Assembly (NCBI GenBank): GCA_965267575.1
Contig: OZ254086.1
Coordinates: forward strand, 1,536,001 to 1,600,000
Reading direction: 5' to 3'
Length of the DNA: 64,000 bases
Source: Calditrichales bacterium
Lineage (GTDB): Bacteria > Calditrichota > Calditrichia > Calditrichales > J004
Position 1 is the first letter of the stretch. Every line of letters starts with the position of its first letter. The notes below the pieces were generated by a model that was given only the letters and a program-made list of their open reading frames with translations, was not told the DNA's origin and searched no databases. Made by a program: the position numbers and the translations under genes. Below, in pieces: positions 48,279 to 58,089 of the stretch.

Positions 48279-50036
48279 ATGAAAGCACAGACCATGGACG
48301 AGCAATCCAAAGTCAGGGAATTAGAGGAACAGCTCAAGCGCCATAAGCGCCAGATGGACTCCATTCAGCATATCGGCAGATCGCTCAGCTCGGAGCTACA
48401 GCTGGAGCGTCTGGCCCTGATTGTGATCAAAGAAGTAAACAAGCTGATGGATGCGGAGCGCGGAACCCTGTACATCGTGGACAAGGAAAAAGGTGAGCTT
48501 TGGTCAAAGGTGGCTCAGGATGCGGAGATCAAGGAAATCCGTCTGCCCATCGGTTTGGGTATTGCCGGCCATGTGGCCAAAACCGGCGATGTGATCAATA
48601 TACCGGATGCCTACAGCGACAAAAGATTCAATCCCGAAATAGACAAGAAGACCGGCTTTAAAACGCGCAGCATACTCTGCATGCCCATCTTTGAGGCCAG
48701 CAATGATGCAAAAAAAGAACGCAATATCATCGGTGTACTGCAGATCCTAAATAAAAAGGACGGTGTTTTTACCGAGGAAGACGAAGAACTTCTGGCTTCG
48801 ATGGCGTCGCAGATTGCCATTGCCCTGAACAATTCCCAGCTTTATTCGCGATTGGCTAAAAAAGTTAACGAACTCAATCTGTTAATAAACACGGAACGGG
48901 CGATCACCAAAGCTTACGACCTAGATGAACTGCTGGTGCTGCTGATTGACCAGCTTACTGAGACCATCGGCGCGCAGGCGGCACTTATTACCCTGCGCGA
49001 CCCCAAGACAAATGAATTTTCGCGCCGTGTTGTCAAGGAAATCGATGAAGAAAAAGTGAAAGACCTGCGCTTTTCCGGCAACACAGGTATCGTTGGCAAG
49101 GTAGTGCAAAGCGGGGAGTTTTATTTTACAAACAACGCTGCCGAAGATGAGCTGTTCAATGATGCCTTTGCAAAAAAAATCGGCATAAAGGTGGCGCAGG
49201 TTGCTTGTGTGCCCATTAAAGAAGGCGACCGCGTTATCGGCGTTATGGAGGTGTTCAACAAGCGTGGCGAGAACGACTACTTCCGTGAGGATGAAATGAT
49301 CCTGCTGACTTCACTCGCCAGCCAAATCTCGCGCACCATTGAGAATTACCGCCTGCGTGAAGAAAAAATGAAGGCCGACCGTCTGTCTGCCATTGGCAAT
49401 ATGATGAGCACCATTGTCCACGATCTGCGCACACCGATGAATAATATCTACGGTTTTGTAGATCTGATGCTGGAGGAAGAGGATAAGGACGTACGCAAAG
49501 AGTACGGTGACATCGTTGTCCAGCAGATTAAGTTTTTGACCAATATGACCACCGATGTGCTCGATTTCTCAAAGGGCAAATCGAGTATCCTGCCCGTTAA
49601 ATGTGCCGTTAATAAAATCCTGGAAGACTTCGCCAAATTCTTTAAAGGCGATATCGAGAAGAAGGGCTATCATTTTGAATACGCCTGTAACGTGGCTGCC
49701 AGCGTATATGTAGATCCGGAGAAGGTGCAACGCGTTTTCATGAACATTATGAAAAACGGCATCGAGGCTATGGACAAGGGCGGCAAATTTTCAATTATCG
49801 CCAACCAGAAGGGTGAGGATATTGAGTTCCTGCTTTCCGACACCGGTACCGGTATCCCGCCGGAAATAAAAGACAGCCTGTTTGATTCCTTCGTTACAAA
49901 GGGTAAAGAAGGGGGCACAGGTCTCGGTCTGGCTATTGTAAAAAAACTGGTGGAAGAACAAAAAGGTCGTATTGAGGTAGATACGGAATATCTGCAGGGA
50001 ACGACATTTAAGATCTATTTCCCCAAAATGAAATGA
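48279..50036 (+). CDS. Cytoplasmic GAF-GAF sensor histidine kinase
   Basis: Two GAF domains (NKKDG.FT.EDE), H-box IVHDLRTPM, N-box, DTGTGIP, GGTGLGL. Confidence 0.93.
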   Translation: MKAQTMDEQSKVRELEEQLKRHKRQMDSIQHIGRSLSSELQLERLALIVIKEVNKLMDAERGTLYIVDKEKGELWSKVAQDAEIKEIRLPIGLGIAGHVAKTGDVINIPDAYSDKRFNPEIDKKTGFKTRSILCMPIFEASNDAKKERNIIGVLQILNKKDGVFTEEDEELLASMASQIAIALNNSQLYSRLAKKVNELNLLINTERAITKAYDLDELLVLLIDQLTETIGAQAALITLRDPKTNEFSRRVVKEIDEEKVKDLRFSGNTGIVGKVVQSGEFYFTNNAAEDELFNDAFAKKIGIKVAQVACVPIKEGDRVIGVMEVFNKRGENDYFREDEMILLTSLASQISRTIENYRLREEKMKADRLSAIGNMMSTIVHDLRTPMNNIYGFVDLMLEEEDKDVRKEYGDIVVQQIKFLTNMTTDVLDFSKGKSSILPVKCAVNKILEDFAKFFKGDIEKKGYHFEYACNVAASVYVDPEKVQRVFMNIMKNGIEAMDKGGKFSIIANQKGEDIEFLLSDTGTGIPPEIKDSLFDSFVTKGKEGGTGLGLAIVKKLVEEQKGRIEVDTEYLQGTTFKIYFPKMK

Positions 50037-50971
50037 AGCCGCTGGTTTATATTACCGACCCCGTTTTTGCAGAACACAATCCCGGCCCTTTCCACCCGGA
50101 ACGTCCGGAACGCATAAGGCATCTTTGGTCTTATTTGGAAGACAATCCCCTTGAAAATATAGTAAAACGCCGGCCACAGCCCGCGGCAAAGGAAGATCTC
50201 CTGCGTGTACATAGCCACGAAATGATTGAAACAATCCTGGCTACGCGCGGCAAGGAGCAGGTAGTTCTGGACATTGGCGATACAATTGCCGGGCCGCGTT
50301 CGGCCGATGCCGGACTTATGGCGGCAGGCAGCACGATCGCCGCGGTTAAAGCCGTTTTTGAGGAGGATTATCAGCGGGCTTTTGTTGCTGTCCGGCCGCC
50401 GGGCCATCATTCGGAGAGCAACCGCATTATGGGCTTTTGCCTGTTTAACAACATTGCCGTGGCCGGCGCCTACGCCCTGGAAAAATACGCGCAACGCATT
50501 CTGATTGTAGACTGGGATGTACACCACGGCAACGGCACGCAGGAAATTTTTTACGATTCGGACCGGCTGTTTTATGTGAGCATTCATCAGTCACCGCTGT
50601 TTCCGGGCACAGGCGCCTCGAATGAAACGGGCAGAGGCCCCGGCAAAGGTTTTACGCTTAATTACCCTTTGCGCCCGGGCATGGGCGACGATATATGGTG
50701 CGATACGTTGGAAGAAGCGCTGGCAACCGTCGAACAAAAATTCAAGCCCGACCTGCTGATGCTGTCGGCGGGTTTTGATGCCCACTTCAATGATCCGGTT
50801 GGATCGATGCAGGTGACGGAAAAAGGCTTTGCCCGGATGACCGATATGCTATGCGCTTTCGCGAACAAAAACTGCTCCGGCAGGTTTGTCTCTGTTTTGG
50901 AGGGCGGCTATGACCTTGACGGTCTGGCGCGTTCCGTTCATGTGCACCTAAAAAGACTTATGGAGATATGA
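50033..50971 (+). CDS. Histone deacetylase family (Zn-dependent) amidohydrolase
   Basis: [43 protein letters not shown]. Confidence 0.95.
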   Translation: MKPLVYITDPVFAEHNPGPFHPERPERIRHLWSYLEDNPLENIVKRRPQPAAKEDLLRVHSHEMIETILATRGKEQVVLDIGDTIAGPRSADAGLMAAGSTIAAVKAVFEEDYQRAFVAVRPPGHHSESNRIMGFCLFNNIAVAGAYALEKYAQRILIVDWDVHHGNGTQEIFYDSDRLFYVSIHQSPLFPGTGASNETGRGPGKGFTLNYPLRPGMGDDIWCDTLEEALATVEQKFKPDLLMLSAGFDAHFNDPVGSMQVTEKGFARMTDMLCAFANKNCSGRFVSVLEGGYDLDGLARSVHVHLKRLMEI

Positions 50972-51714
50972 TGAAATTATATAAGCTAACGTTTAAAGCT
51001 CTTATGCTTTGGGTAATGCCGTTTTTCATTGTATTTTCATGTGCTACCCAAAAAAAGAGTGAAACAACGGATCGTTATAAAGATATGCGTGAAGAAATGA
51101 TCAAAAGGCAAATTGTTGCCCGTGGAGTAAAGGACAGTCTGGTTATTAAAGCCATGGAAACCGTGCCCCGCCATCTGTTTGTGCCGGAGCGTGAACGGGA
51201 AAAAGCTTACCGCGACGAACCACGAAGCATTGGCGAGGGACAAACGATCAGCCAGCCTTACATTGTGGCCTTTATGACCGAGGAGCTTGGCGTTAAGCCC
51301 GGAGATAAGGTGCTTGAAGTAGGCACCGGATCGGGTTACCAGGCCGCGGTCCTGTCACAAATCGTCGATAGCGTTTATACAATCGAAATAATTGAAGAGC
51401 TGGCCAATACGGCCCAAAATACGCTAAAAGAGCTCGGTTATGACAACGTGGTTGTTAAAGTGGGCGACGGTTATGCCGGCTGGCCCGAAGCCGCCCCCTT
51501 TGACGCCATTATTGTTACGGCGGCACCGCCTACCATTCCACCGCCGCTGCTGGAACAGCTTAAGCCCGGCGGCCGGATGATACTGCCCGTGGGCGAATAT
51601 GTGCAGGAGCTGACCGTGGTGGACAAAAGCGAAAGCGGCATCAATATGAAGAGTGTCCTGCCGGTTCGCTTTGTGCCGATGACAGGAAAGATTCAGGAAA
51701 AGAAAAAAGATTAA
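50968..51714 (+). CDS. pcm: Protein-L-isoaspartate O-methyltransferase with lipoprotein-like signal peptide
   Basis: [55 protein letters not shown]. Confidence 0.95.
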   Translation: MMKLYKLTFKALMLWVMPFFIVFSCATQKKSETTDRYKDMREEMIKRQIVARGVKDSLVIKAMETVPRHLFVPEREREKAYRDEPRSIGEGQTISQPYIVAFMTEELGVKPGDKVLEVGTGSGYQAAVLSQIVDSVYTIEIIEELANTAQNTLKELGYDNVVVKVGDGYAGWPEAAPFDAIIVTAAPPTIPPPLLEQLKPGGRMILPVGEYVQELTVVDKSESGINMKSVLPVRFVPMTGKIQEKKKD

Positions 51715-51745
51715 TCCGAGCCGCAAGGAATCAAGGAAGCAGGAA

Positions 51746-52879
51746 TTGTATTCAAAACGACGCGAAAAGATAGCTGAATCGATAATAGGCCAAAAAATGA
51801 AGCGCGATTTCTGGGGGCGTCTGTATGGCCACCTGGTTTATAAGCAACACCGTGACGAACTCGGCGAAGAAGAGGTTTATGAAATCCAGAGGCGCCTGCT
51901 TGAAGAGGGGCTGTACACGCAGGCGGAGAAATCACCGTCCCATTACTATATCCGGGTGGTAGACTCCGAAAAGAAAAAGACAAAGCCGCGCATCGGACTG
52001 CACATATTTCTGCTTTTGCTAACGGTGCTGACGACCATGCTCACCGGCTCAAACCTGCTAATGCGCGACCCGCTGGCATCCTGGGCCGATTTCTGGATTG
52101 GCGGGCGTTATGCTTTTGCTCTGCTGGCCATTCTGTTTACACACGAAATGGGGCATTACCTTTACGCACGCTACTACAAGATCGATGTGACGCTGCCATA
52201 CTTCATTCCTTTTTACATCCCGTTTGCTTTTCATCCCGGTACACTGGGCGCGTTTATCCGCTTGCGTGCACCCATTCCCAACAAGAAAGCGCTCTTTGAT
52301 GTGGGCATTGCCGGGCCGTTGGCAGGATTCGTGATGAGCATTGCCTTCCTGCTTATTGGCTTTAACAGCGTGCCGCCGGAAGAGCAAATGTGGCAGTATA
52401 TTTCCACGCTGCACCCGCTGGATTATGACAATACAATTACGCTGACGCTGGGCGGTAATCTGCTGTACGATTTTATCGCCAATGCCATGGGCAAGTCGTA
52501 CCTGCCGATGTACGAGATGTACCATTTCCCCTATATTTTTGCCGGCTGGTTCGGCCTGCTTGTTACGGCCATTAACCTAATGCCCATCGGGCAGCTGGAC
52601 GGAGGCCACATAACATACGCCATGTTTGGGCCCAACGCCGGGCGGATTGCATTGCTGGCATTTGGAGCGTTGATTCTTCTTAATATCTACCTGATCTCAC
52701 AGTTCAGCAGTTTTGTATATGTGCTGTGGACAATACTGATTTTGGTGTTTATCCGCTTCAAGCATCCGCCGACCCTGGACGACAGCATCAGTATCGGACC
52801 CGGGCGAAGGGCATTGGGTATCTTGTCCTATGCCATTTTTGTCGTATGTTTTTCACCGCTACCGTTCTATTTGCAATAG
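51746..52879 (+). CDS. Site-2 protease (M50) family intramembrane metalloprotease
   Basis: HEMGH, IAGPLAG, NLMPIGQLDGGH. Confidence 0.93.
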   Translation: MYSKRREKIAESIIGQKMKRDFWGRLYGHLVYKQHRDELGEEEVYEIQRRLLEEGLYTQAEKSPSHYYIRVVDSEKKKTKPRIGLHIFLLLLTVLTTMLTGSNLLMRDPLASWADFWIGGRYAFALLAILFTHEMGHYLYARYYKIDVTLPYFIPFYIPFAFHPGTLGAFIRLRAPIPNKKALFDVGIAGPLAGFVMSIAFLLIGFNSVPPEEQMWQYISTLHPLDYDNTITLTLGGNLLYDFIANAMGKSYLPMYEMYHFPYIFAGWFGLLVTAINLMPIGQLDGGHITYAMFGPNAGRIALLAFGALILLNIYLISQFSSFVYVLWTILILVFIRFKHPPTLDDSISIGPGRRALGILSYAIFVVCFSPLPFYLQ

Positions 52880-52885
52880 GAGCCT

Positions 52886-53479
52886 ATGTTTCAGATTTCC
52901 CTTATCGTTGTCGCCGTGCTTTTTCTTGTCTGGGGTGCCCTGATATACGTCCGCAAAACCATGTGGGATGCCGTGCACCGTAACCTGCTTGATCTTGTCG
53001 ATAACTATTCGGGCAAGGTGATTCGCAACGGCTTTGCGGCACGACCGGTCTTTCACGGACAGGTTAATAACAACGATCTGACTATAAATTTCAGCAGCGC
53101 CAAATCGGTAAAAGGCCGTGAAAGCTATATCGATTTTACGTTTACGCAAGCATCGGAAATTACTGTCACTATTGCCGAAATGGAGTGGCTGAAGCAGCAA
53201 AACGACGATGGCGAAATGCCCACCGGTATGCGCCTTCAGCTTCAGGATGATTTGATCTATATGGTTATGCCGGGTGATAACCGCAAACTGGAGCGCCTTG
53301 CTAAAAAGCCGGGCTTTCGCCGCGCGCTGGGACGCTTTTCCAATCTGGCCTATTTTTTTGTCGGCAAGAGCGGTACGATCTGCGAGTTCCGCGCTAAAGA
53401 CCTGCCACGCGAAACGGAATTCGACAAAATGCGCGAGCGCATTCAAAACATTCAATTAATGCTTAGTGAATTACAATGA
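52886..53479 (+). CDS. Hypothetical protein with N-terminal TM helix
   Basis: 197 aa ORF, AGGAG RBS, overlaps era start. Confidence 0.7.
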   Translation: MFQISLIVVAVLFLVWGALIYVRKTMWDAVHRNLLDLVDNYSGKVIRNGFAARPVFHGQVNNNDLTINFSSAKSVKGRESYIDFTFTQASEITVTIAEMEWLKQQNDDGEMPTGMRLQLQDDLIYMVMPGDNRKLERLAKKPGFRRALGRFSNLAYFFVGKSGTICEFRAKDLPRETEFDKMRERIQNIQLMLSELQ

Positions 53480-54372
53480 CTGAAACGTTATCTCAAAATC
53501 ATAAATCCGGGTATGTGACGCTGTTCGGGCTGCCCAATGCCGGCAAGTCCACGCTGATGAACCGCCTTCTGCAAATCCACCTGTCAATCATTTCGGCGCG
53601 GCCGCAGACAACGCGGCGCAATGTACTGGGCATTCTCAACGAGCCGGAGCTGCAGGTCATTTTTCTCGATACGCCCGGTGTGGTAAAACCTCAATACGCC
53701 TTGCATCATAAAATGCTGGCACAGATTGATTACGCGCTGGGCGACGCTGATTTGCTGCTGATGCTGGTGGATGCCACAAAGGACGAACACCCCGTCGAAA
53801 TCGATCTGCAACGCATGAACAGCACCCAAAAGCCGTTGCTGCTTTTGCTAAATAAAATCGATCTGGTTGAAAAGAAAAAGCTGCTGCCGCTGATCGCGCG
53901 CTACCAGGAACACTACACCTTCAAAGCAATCATCCCCATAAGTGCCGAAACGGGTGATGGCCTGGATGAGCTTAAAAATGAGATGAGCCGGCACCTGCCG
54001 TTGGGAGCGCCCTTTTATCCCAAAGACGCGCTGACCGACCAGCCCGAGCGCTTTTTTGTCGCCGAGCTGATCCGGGAACAGATTTTCCGGTCTTTTCACG
54101 AGGAAATTCCCTATGCCACAGAGGTCGTGGTGGAGGACTTCAAGGAGAGAAAAAAAGGCAAGGATTACATCCGGGCCGTCATATTTGTTGAGCGTGAATC
54201 GCAAAAAGGCATTTTGATAGGCGGCAAGGGTGAAAAGCTTAAGGCCGTGGGCAGCAAGGCGCGGGCGGCCATCGAAAAGTTTTTGCAGCGTCCGGTCTAC
54301 TTGCAGCTAAATGTAAAATTAAACGAAAAGTGGCGGCGCGACGAGGATAAGCTGCGCAAAATGGGCTACTGA
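53476..54372 (+). CDS. era: GTPase Era
   Basis: GLPNAGKSTL, PQTTR, DTPG, NKID, EEIPY, SQKGILIG KH domain. Confidence 0.97.
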   Translation: MTETLSQNHKSGYVTLFGLPNAGKSTLMNRLLQIHLSIISARPQTTRRNVLGILNEPELQVIFLDTPGVVKPQYALHHKMLAQIDYALGDADLLLMLVDATKDEHPVEIDLQRMNSTQKPLLLLLNKIDLVEKKKLLPLIARYQEHYTFKAIIPISAETGDGLDELKNEMSRHLPLGAPFYPKDALTDQPERFFVAELIREQIFRSFHEEIPYATEVVVEDFKERKKGKDYIRAVIFVERESQKGILIGGKGEKLKAVGSKARAAIEKFLQRPVYLQLNVKLNEKWRRDEDKLRKMGY

Positions 54373-54373
54373 G

Positions 54374-55069
54374 ATGGAAGCGATCCTGCTACTTTTTGAC
54401 ATAGACGGTACGCTGATCAGCGGCAAGGGCGTACCCAAGCGTGTCATCCTCGAGGTACTCCGCAGACGCTTTCCCCATTACACGCGCGGCGAAGAAGTAC
54501 GCTTTTCCGGCATGACCGACCCGCAGATAGTGACCGACCTGTTGACGCTTAACAATCATGAAGAAATCACCAATAAAGATATAGAAAATATCCTCGATGA
54601 ATTTGTAGTTGAGCTGGCGCGCCATGTAACACCGGCATCGCCGCCACACATCCTGCCCGGCGTGCGCGCGCTTTTGGATGCCTGTGACGGTTATCGTCAT
54701 GTTTATTACGGCCTGGTTACCGGCAATATCATGAAAGGCGCGCAGATCAAATTACAGGCCGTCGATCTGTACCGCCGTTTTGCAGTTGGCGCCTTTGGCA
54801 ACGACCACATTTTGCGGGACAAGCTGCCGCCGCTGGCCTTGAAACGGGCGCAAAACTATTTTGACGTGCCGTTCTCGCCTGCGCGTACCTGGATCATCGG
54901 CGACAGCCTCAAAGATGTGCAGTGCGCTGTAAACAACGGATTGCGTTGTCTGGCTGTGGAAACCGGCCGCATTGAAGCCGCAACGTTAAAGGAGGCAGGC
55001 GCCACTGCGGTATTGAAAGATCTTTCGGATACCGGGGCCGTTCTAAAAATCCTGGAAATAGAAGCATGA
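54374..55069 (+). CDS. HAD-superfamily hydrolase
   Basis: LFDIDGTL, LVTGN, IIGDS..DV. Confidence 0.9.
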   Translation: MEAILLLFDIDGTLISGKGVPKRVILEVLRRRFPHYTRGEEVRFSGMTDPQIVTDLLTLNNHEEITNKDIENILDEFVVELARHVTPASPPHILPGVRALLDACDGYRHVYYGLVTGNIMKGAQIKLQAVDLYRRFAVGAFGNDHILRDKLPPLALKRAQNYFDVPFSPARTWIIGDSLKDVQCAVNNGLRCLAVETGRIEAATLKEAGATAVLKDLSDTGAVLKILEIEA

Positions 55070-56442
55070 ACAGGGGATACCGACCGCTCAGGCTGCTTAT
55101 TGTTGGTGGCGTTGCCGCCGGAATGAGCGCTGCCGCCCGCGCCCGGCGCAACGATCAGCGTGCCGAGATTACCGTTGTACAAAAAGAGGATGTGTTATCC
55201 TATAGCGCGTGCGGATTTCCCTATTTATTTGCCGGGGATCTAAGCCGTGAAGAACAGCTTATCGCCCGTGACCCCGCCTGGTTCCGCGGCAAAAATATCG
55301 AGATGCTTACCCGCCATGAAGCTCTGCGCATTGATGTGAGGCGCAAGGCAGTAGTCGCGCGCAATCTGCTTGACGGCAGTCAGAAATCACTGTTGTATGA
55401 CCGGCTTATTCTTGCCACCGGGGCGCGCGCCGTAGTGCCGCAGATCGAAGGGCGCGGTCTGGACGGCGTGTTCACCTTACGGCACTGGAATGATGCCCGC
55501 AAAATCAGCGATTTTCTTCAACGGCGAAATCCCAAATCCGCGCTTATTGTCGGCGCCGGATATACAGGCCTGGAAATGGCTGAAGCGTTGGCGCGCAAAG
55601 GTTTGAGTGTGACAATCGTTGAAAAGAATGAACGGCTGTTGCGCTCCGCCGACGAAGAGATCAACCGCTATATTCTGAATAGCCTGCGACTAAACAACGT
55701 GCAAATTCACTGCGGCAGGACCGTAGGTGCTTTTACCGGTGAAGATGTTGTGAAAAACGCGGTACTGGACAATGGCCGCGAGCTTGCCGCGGAGCTCGTT
55801 CTGATCAGCGCCGGGATAAAACCGCAGGTCTCCCTGGCACGTGAGGCGGATTTGCGCCTTGGGCCAAACGGAGCGATTGCAGTCAACAACAGTATGCAAA
55901 CATCCGAACACACAGTTTTTGCGGCCGGGGACTGTGCCGAGACAAGGCACCTGCTAACGCGCAAAGCTGTCTGGCTGCCCCTTGGCACCACCGCCAACAA
56001 GCAGGGTCGCGTCGCTGCAGACAATGCCTGCGGCATCAGCAGCGTTTTCAAAGGTGTGATGGGAACGTCGGTCGTGCGGCTCTTTGATCTTGAAGTGGGT
56101 CAAACAGGTTTGGGCATGGAAGAGGCGGCAAAACATTTTGGTGATGTGGAAAGCGTGGCCGTCGAAGCGCCCAGCCGGGCCGGCTATTTCCCCGGCGCGC
56201 AGAAGGTTACCGTAAAGCTGGTTTTCCGCAAAAATGACGGATTGCTGCTGGGTGGCCATTTGTGCGGCAGGGAAGGTGTCGCCAAACGCGTTGATGTGCT
56301 GGCCACGGCGCTGGCAGCAAAAATGACACTGGCCGATTTGTCAGAGCTGGATCTGAGCTACGCCCCGCCGTTTGCCCCCGTATGGGACCCGCTGCTGGTG
56401 GCGGCCAACGTTGGCCTGAAAAAAATCCGCCGAAAAATATAA
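55066..56442 (+). CDS. FAD-dependent CoA-disulfide reductase / NADH oxidase family
   Basis: GGVAAGMSAA, SYSACGFPY (redox Cys), GAGYTGLEMAE, AAGDC, LDLSYAPPFAPVWDP. Confidence 0.92.
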   Translation: MNRGYRPLRLLIVGGVAAGMSAAARARRNDQRAEITVVQKEDVLSYSACGFPYLFAGDLSREEQLIARDPAWFRGKNIEMLTRHEALRIDVRRKAVVARNLLDGSQKSLLYDRLILATGARAVVPQIEGRGLDGVFTLRHWNDARKISDFLQRRNPKSALIVGAGYTGLEMAEALARKGLSVTIVEKNERLLRSADEEINRYILNSLRLNNVQIHCGRTVGAFTGEDVVKNAVLDNGRELAAELVLISAGIKPQVSLAREADLRLGPNGAIAVNNSMQTSEHTVFAAGDCAETRHLLTRKAVWLPLGTTANKQGRVAADNACGISSVFKGVMGTSVVRLFDLEVGQTGLGMEEAAKHFGDVESVAVEAPSRAGYFPGAQKVTVKLVFRKNDGLLLGGHLCGREGVAKRVDVLATALAAKMTLADLSELDLSYAPPFAPVWDPLLVAANVGLKKIRRKI

Positions 56443-56542
56443 AGCGGTGCGCCCGGGCAACACAAACCGGCCATCCCGATTGGCGGCTGTGAATGTCTGG
56501 CCTCTCGCCAAATATGAAAGCAAACGCCGGAGTGCATTTTTT

Positions 56543-56675
56543 GGATTTCGGTTTTCATGGGAATGACAAATCGGATTTTTCTTGTACGGAAAAAACCTGG
56601 GAAGAAAAGACCAGGAGCAGGATCATGATCAAGATGACTTCCGGACTTCAAGACTTCCGGACATCTTGACTTATA
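56543..56675. repeat. Second copy of the composite intergenic repeat
   Basis: Degenerate REP half GGATTTCGGTTTTCATGGGAATGAC 56543-56567; 34-mer 56605-56638 matches 38367-38400 at 32/34; five GACTTCNN-like 8-mers 56636-56675. Confidence 0.85.
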
Positions 56676-56681
56676 AATCAA

Positions 56682-57203
56682 TCAAAAACTTTCTATGTGC
56701 TCTTTGAAGGCTTGCAGGTTGGAGCGCAGCAGGTTTCTAAATTGACTTTCCAGTTTAAAGCGATGGAAGAGCCGAGCGGTTACCCCCGGCAGTCTGTAGC
56801 TGATTTGCCAGCGTACTTCGGTGCTGCCGTCAGCCAGGCCGCTTATAACGATTTTCCCGCCGATTTCATGCAGCATGCTGTAGCGTTCTTTTCCCACCTC
56901 AATAAAATCAACTGTCGTTGCGCCTTCGCGTACGCGCACCTGCTGGTTGGCGATTATGGTCGCACCGTCCAGTGTGTAGCGCACCTGGCGGTGGGTGTAA
57001 TTATGATTGTAAAGTGTGGCGGTCTCATTTTGCCATTTATCATGCTCCTCAAAGCGCAGCAGCGTATTCCAAACCACAGCCTGCGGTGCCTCAATCACAA
57101 TGGCCTCTTCAAGCGCGGGCTGTTGCGGCGTGCTAAGGCCCAAAACAGCCAAAACCAGTACGGTAAAAGTCAGCAATGCGGAAATAGAGAGGATTGTTCT
57201 CAT
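56682..57203 (-). CDS. SRPBCC/START-like domain protein with N-terminal anchor
   Basis: IVIEAP...VWN.L..FE...KW, TEVRW, C-terminal helix NLQAFKEHIE. Confidence 0.7.
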   Translation of the reverse strand: MRTILSISALLTFTVLVLAVLGLSTPQQPALEEAIVIEAPQAVVWNTLLRFEEHDKWQNETATLYNHNYTHRQVRYTLDGATIIANQQVRVREGATTVDFIEVGKERYSMLHEIGGKIVISGLADGSTEVRWQISYRLPGVTARLFHRFKLESQFRNLLRSNLQAFKEHIESF

Positions 57204-57238
57204 GTAATCAGCCGTTTATTCATGCGGCCAATATAATG

Positions 57239-57284
57239 AAAAAAGAGATAGGATGAAGCCATATAGCGCGCTAAATCCTATCTC
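57239..57284 (-). terminator. Rho-independent terminator of the redoxin operon
   Basis: GAGATAGGAT...ATCCTATCTC stem followed by a T-run on the minus strand. Confidence 0.6.
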
Positions 57285-57304
57285 CAGGGGCTGGGGACGT
57301 TTGC

Positions 57305-58078
57305 TTACTTAAGCAGCACAATTCGATTCGTTTTTACAAGATCGTCACTTTGCAGACGCAGAAAGTAAATACCGGAAGAAACCAGTTGTCCCGCATCATC
57401 CAGGCCATCCCAGGATGCTTCATAACTGCCTGCGCCGAATTTCGCATTTACGATAGTTCTTACCTGTGCGCCGCGTGCATCATAAACAGCCAGTTTTACC
57501 GATCGTGTTTTATCCACTGTAAACGGAATGCGTGTCGTCGGGTTGAACGGGTTGGGATAGTTGTCTTTTAGTTCAAAGCTGTAGGCCACGGCCGGCTCTT
57601 CGATGGAGGTTGCCATCAGGAGAGCGTTAATGGTGTTATTGATCGTGCTGGTTTCCGCGGTAGGTCTGTACAGGCGAATGATGCCTTCCTGATCTATGAC
57701 CGTGCTGTTTTGGTAAGAGGCCCCGTAAGCACTTGCTGTGCCACTGCCATTCATAAGTAGATCGTACTCTATCTTTGATGCGGATTGGAAGTCCAGGACC
57801 TGACTCAGGCTTCCATTGGCAACGTCAATCGCCATGCCCTTAAAAACATCGCTCGAGTATTGATCCACGATTTCCTTTTGCGTTGTTTCCCCCTCCGCAC
57901 GGCAAATAGAACACCAATAGGCAATCCAGTTAATATAAATGACCTTACCCTCGTGATCGCTTAAGCGAACCTTGCTTCCGTCCGGCTTGCTCAACTCAAA
58001 ATCCGGCGCTTCGTTGCCCTCTTGTGCCATGGCCGGCAGCACAAAAAATACAACCAACAAAATAATCAGCTTTTTCAT
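57305..58078 (-). CDS. Secreted redoxin (CxxC) fused to a FlgD-Ig / T9SS-type-A-like C-terminal sorting domain
   Basis: Signal peptide, APDF.L, WCSIC, NYPNPFNPTT.I, WDG.D..G..VSSGIYF.RL. Confidence 0.85.
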   Translation of the reverse strand: MKKLIILLVVFFVLPAMAQEGNEAPDFELSKPDGSKVRLSDHEGKVIYINWIAYWCSICRAEGETTQKEIVDQYSSDVFKGMAIDVANGSLSQVLDFQSASKIEYDLLMNGSGTASAYGASYQNSTVIDQEGIIRLYRPTAETSTINNTINALLMATSIEEPAVAYSFELKDNYPNPFNPTTRIPFTVDKTRSVKLAVYDARGAQVRTIVNAKFGAGSYEASWDGLDDAGQLVSSGIYFLRLQSDDLVKTNRIVLLK

Positions 58079-58089
58079 AACTCCTCCTT

